Virus record (IMG/VR): IMGVR_UViG_3300029288_000059
Location: 32,001 to 96,000 of that record
Strand: one strand, 5' to 3'
From: a virus
Lineage: Duplodnaviria; Heunggongvirae; Uroviricota; Caudoviricetes
Length of the DNA stretch: 64,000 nt
Part shown: one piece after another, positions 60,908 to 64,000 of the stretch
Layout of the letters: every line of letters starts with the position of its first letter
How positions within the stretch are numbered: position 1 is the first letter of the stretch
Translations under genes and position numbers: made by a program
The notes under the pieces: model-generated
What the model saw: only the letters and a program-made list of their open reading frames with translations
Database searches by the model: none
What the model was told of the DNA's origin: nothing

Positions 60908-62115
60908 TTATTCTTTCTATATTGTGTAATAAGTTGTTTAACTTTATGTCCTTCATCGGTAAAGATACCTTCAGCGACAAGTATGTTTTGATATAAGGTA
61001 GTATTAATTAAGTTATGTTCTTCACATAGTAATTTTAAGAACCCAATAAATTCCATTGAGTATTTTATTAGGTTATATGTAATAGTATCTTCCCCACCTA
61101 AATACTCAATAACTTGATGTTCCTCAAAATTATTACTAGTGCCACGACCAGAAGAATTAACTTCAATCGTTTTATTATTATATGTATATTGTCCTCTTGG
61201 AACTTCGGGTAAGTAAAAACCATTAGTAATAGGGGTGAAGTTTTTCACTTGTTGGCGTTTATTGATTTGTTTTGGAATTGGACAACTCGTACAGTAAGTC
61301 ACAACATCACTCATTTGAGAATTGTAAGGTCGTCCCAATCTACCTAACTTTTGTAACAATAATTCATCTGTATTCCACATAGAACGTTCAATGAACAAAT
61401 TTGAACACGTGAAATTAACTCCTTGTGCCAATAAGTTAGTAGCACATATCGTAGTTAGTTGCCCCGTTTTAAATTTATATTGAGTAATTAAACGTTTACT
61501 AGGCGTATTAAGTGAGGTCAAACTTGCTGCTTTAACACCGTTAGATTGAAGTTCATCCGCATAATTGATTGCTTCATTAATACTTCCACAGAAAAAGATG
61601 GTAGGAATACCCGACATCATTCTTTGTTCAAATTCAGTCCAACCAATTTCGACTTTTGGGGGTGCTTCAAGTGTAGGCATATAAGTTGTCTTGTAATGAG
61701 GAAAGTCTTTCTTACGTAGACTATTAGTAGCCGTCAATAAGTAGATTTCTTTTTGTTGCTCTTTTGCTACATCTAATAATTTACTTAAATTAGCACCACG
61801 GTCTTCATCACAAAGAAAATGTGCCTCATCAATAATTAACGCTGAATAATTTTTAATTTGTTCAACGTTTAGTGATTCATAAACCGCAAATAAGTTACCA
61901 TATTGTTTGTTAATAATTTTAACTTCACCTGTTGATAAGTCATCTTCAGGATGACTATATTCAATAAATGTTTCATACACCAATTGACGACATGGTGCGA
62001 TATATACAAACGATGTATTATCGTTTTGTAGTTTCTTAATGGTAGAGTAGGTTTTACCACAACCCGTCTCACCAGTTATAATATTTAGTTTGAAAACAGT
62101 ACCCATCGTTGACAT
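60904..62115 (-). CDS. SF2 helicase, SUV3-like
   Basis: GETGCGKTY, YIAPCRQL..E, IIDEAH, TAT, ATN...QGVN, QKLGRLGR. Confidence 0.8.
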   Translation of the reverse strand: MSTMGTVFKLNIITGETGCGKTYSTIKKLQNDNTSFVYIAPCRQLVYETFIEYSHPEDDLSTGEVKIINKQYGNLFAVYESLNVEQIKNYSALIIDEAHFLCDEDRGANLSKLLDVAKEQQKEIYLLTATNSLRKKDFPHYKTTYMPTLEAPPKVEIGWTEFEQRMMSGIPTIFFCGSINEAINYADELQSNGVKAASLTSLNTPSKRLITQYKFKTGQLTTICATNLLAQGVNFTCSNLFIERSMWNTDELLLQKLGRLGRPYNSQMSDVVTYCTSCPIPKQINKRQQVKNFTPITNGFYLPEVPRGQYTYNNKTIEVNSSGRGTSNNFEEHQVIEYLGGEDTITYNLIKYSMEFIGFLKLLCEEHNLINTTLYQNILVAEGIFTDEGHKVKQLITQYRKNN

Positions 62116-62121
62116 CCTATA

Positions 62122-62259
62122 TTAAGAATTTATAATTTTATTAGCTAAATCTGTTGATTCACTAAAGATTTTCTTAAATGACTCATATTTTCTTTTAATG
62201 CGTTCAGCTTTTCGTTGTGCCACACGTTCTTTATTAATAATATGATTCTTTAGACGTGT
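62122..62259 (-). pseudogene. 3' part of a gene interrupted by element 3
   Basis: Joining at TGT gives ...KKKNT|RLKNHIINKERVAQRKAERIKRKYESF...KIINS* in frame with 63992. Confidence 0.75.
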
Positions 62260-62353
62260 TAATTAAGTTCATTTAAAATGACATATTTTAATACATAAAT
62301 CAACATATTTTGTAAAATGTTATAAATAATGTATATAACATATAGGTGATAAA

Positions 62354-62515
62354 ATGCAACGAATTAGATTATCAAAATGGGCAGAATTAAACGGATATAC
62401 AAAAAGAGGAGCGTATAATCTGTTTAAACAAGGAAAATTACCCAATGCAACTCAATTACCTACTGGTACTAAACGTAAGACTGAGAAGTTAATACAGGAA
62501 CTTAATAATGATTAG
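62354..62515 (+). CDS. tnpA: Internally deleted IS607 TnpA (53 aa: MerR-type HTH plus C-terminal helix, no catalytic domain)
   Basis: MQRIRLSKWAELNGYTKRGAYNLFKQGKLPNATQLPTGT|KRKTEKLIQELNND; AGGTGA RBS; overlaps tnpB start. Confidence 0.75.
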   Translation: MQRIRLSKWAELNGYTKRGAYNLFKQGKLPNATQLPTGTKRKTEKLIQELNND

Positions 62516-63788
62516 GTCAAGTAAGCTATCACTTAAATTTATGAATACTAATAAACGTGATAGATATAACGAGTTCCTACTTGACTATAATCATGCAGTA
62601 CAATTTTATATCAATTACTTATGGAATACCGAAATCACAAGAAATATTAAAGATAAACAATATAAATGGTATCCATCAAAACAGATGTATGAACTACCAA
62701 CTATGTTATCAACCACGGATATACAAATAGATACTCCTTTATCAGCCCGAGCTTTGAAATGTGCAATTACTCAATCTATTGGCATTATACAATCAGTTGT
62801 ACGAAAATATAATAAGAAGAAATATGTATTAACAAAAAAACAGAAATCGAATACTCAATCTATTAGAAAATTACAAAGTTTTATTGATAAAAATCAACCA
62901 ACCAAACCATTAATAAACAAAATAGAGATGGAACTAAACTCAATAGTGGCTAAATTAGTTGATAATAAAACAAAATTTGATTGTTTGCTTAAATTATCAT
63001 GTTTAGGTAAGAAGTATGGTACTATTATAATACCAATAAAATACACGACACATAGTAATAAATTAAGCAATATGGGACAAGTCAAAACTTCTTTCTTGTT
63101 TGGAAACAATGCAGTTTCATTTAGATATGATATAGAACCAATACATAATACGTCAAATGTGATAGTTGGTGGTGATATAGGGCAAACTACTACTTTGACT
63201 TTAAGTGATGGAAATATAACCAAGCCAAATAATCATGGGTATGACTTGAAGTTAATCAATAACATCATGGCAAGGAAGAAAAAAGGAAGCAAGGCATTTG
63301 CCCGTTGTCAAGCACACAGAACTAATTATATAAATTGGTCTATTAAACAACTAAACTTAGGTAATTATAAAGAAATAAGACTCGAATCGAATAAAAATAT
63401 CAAGAAGGGACGTAGAATGAGTAAGTCACTTACTCACTGGTCTTGGAAGGATATTAATAATTCCATAACAATGAATGCGGAACTACATGATGTTCATGTA
63501 GTAATGCAACATCCGACTTATAAAAGTCAGAGATGTAATTGTTGTGGTTATGTACATAAAGGAAATCGCAAAAGTAAATTGTTCAAGTGCCGTCATTGTG
63601 GTTATACTGCGGATGCGGATTTGAATGGTGCTTTGAATAATAGCATTGATTTGCCTATTATTAGTCGTACCTTTATGGCTGAAAAACATAATACCATTGG
63701 TTTCTTTTGGAATACAACTGGTATTAGTTTATCGGGAGAGGCACGTACAGTTCCTCTTACTAAAAAACATAAACCAATACAAGGTTAA
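62508..63788 (+). CDS. tnpB: TnpB RNA-guided endonuclease
   Basis: GGDIG / IRLES / DADLNG; CNCCG, CRHCG. Confidence 0.9.
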   Translation: MIRSSKLSLKFMNTNKRDRYNEFLLDYNHAVQFYINYLWNTEITRNIKDKQYKWYPSKQMYELPTMLSTTDIQIDTPLSARALKCAITQSIGIIQSVVRKYNKKKYVLTKKQKSNTQSIRKLQSFIDKNQPTKPLINKIEMELNSIVAKLVDNKTKFDCLLKLSCLGKKYGTIIIPIKYTTHSNKLSNMGQVKTSFLFGNNAVSFRYDIEPIHNTSNVIVGGDIGQTTTLTLSDGNITKPNNHGYDLKLINNIMARKKKGSKAFARCQAHRTNYINWSIKQLNLGNYKEIRLESNKNIKKGRRMSKSLTHWSWKDINNSITMNAELHDVHVVMQHPTYKSQRCNCCGYVHKGNRKSKLFKCRHCGYTADADLNGALNNSIDLPIISRTFMAEKHNTIGFFWNTTGISLSGEARTVPLTKKHKPIQG

Positions 63789-63800
63789 TAATGTATTGGT

Positions 63801-63992
63801 TTAAGTAACTGTGTTTTTCTTTTTAGCCTCAATTTCATTCCGTTTAATTATTTTAGCGTTATTAATAGCAACTTCTTCTGCTATGATTTCATCTTTCAAT
63901 TCGTAATTACCGTTTTGGGTACATACGAAGTCTTCTATATCTTCCTTTAATTCGTCATCATCAACATTGGCACAGACGCTATTAGGGTCCAT
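63801..63992 (-). CDS. 5' part of the gene interrupted by element 3 (may begin beyond window)
   Basis: Now ends in element-derived VT*; frame is open to the window edge. Confidence 0.65.
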   Translation of the reverse strand: MDPNSVCANVDDDELKEDIEDFVCTQNGNYELKDEIIAEEVAINNAKIIKRNEIEAKKKNTVT

Positions 63993-64000
63993 TTTCTTAT

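Larger units (their letters stand above)
62257..63812 (+). mobile_element. IS607-type element 3 (mini-tnpA plus tnpB)
   Basis: Left end TGTTAATTAAGTTCAT; right end ..GTATTGGTTTAAGTAACTGT; interrupts an ORF cleanly. Confidence 0.88.

Noticed and set aside
880-63689. Antisense and nested ORFs in the supplied track (e.g. 880, 2358, 3366, 10706, 13717, 19071, 35822, 39480, 45249, 62894)
   Set aside because: They are shadows of well-supported genes, with no RBS or recognisable motifs.
35685-63788. TnpB proteins as Cas12f effectors or catalytically dead TldR regulators
   Set aside because: There is no CRISPR array, transposon ends are present, and all three RuvC acidic residues are retained.
1-64000. 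Genome-wide stop-codon recoding (TAG or TGA as sense)
   Set aside because: Long core genes are uninterrupted in the standard code, and TAG and TGA end many genes at coupled junctions. Only three small accessory ORFs show internal stops.

Overview
AT-rich fragment of a large T4-like (jumbo myovirus-type) phage genome. It carries a portal, baseplate and tail genes, a neck protein, a gp55-type late sigma factor with TATAAATA late promoters, a gp47/gp46 nuclease pair, clamp loader, GroES-like protein, a DnaE-like fragment, PhoH, QueD, RNA ligase, NUDIX hydrolase, DNA methyltransferase and an SF2 helicase. I saw no tRNA, rRNA or CRISPR array. The most striking content: (1) about 25 small paralogous genes start with an M-x-R-x-L-E-P-Y motif. 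Many carry 21-aa LRR-like repeats, they are often chained by an ATG-NN-TAG overlap, and they show signs of repeat exchange with two PcfJ-domain proteins. (2) Four late genes, including those two, share a 10-aa leader MVNILKL(L/I)(N/D)E that resembles a T4 capsid-targeting sequence. (3) Three IS607-type TnpB elements are bounded by TGT. One sits inside the start codon of an LEPY gene, so its predicted guide is the family motif itself, and another carries an internally deleted HTH-only TnpA. Also seen: a probable -1 frameshift in a tail chaperone pair, a degenerate lysozyme domain on the gp5-like protein, and apparent strong GATC depletion. All functional calls come from motif recognition by eye; no database searches were run.
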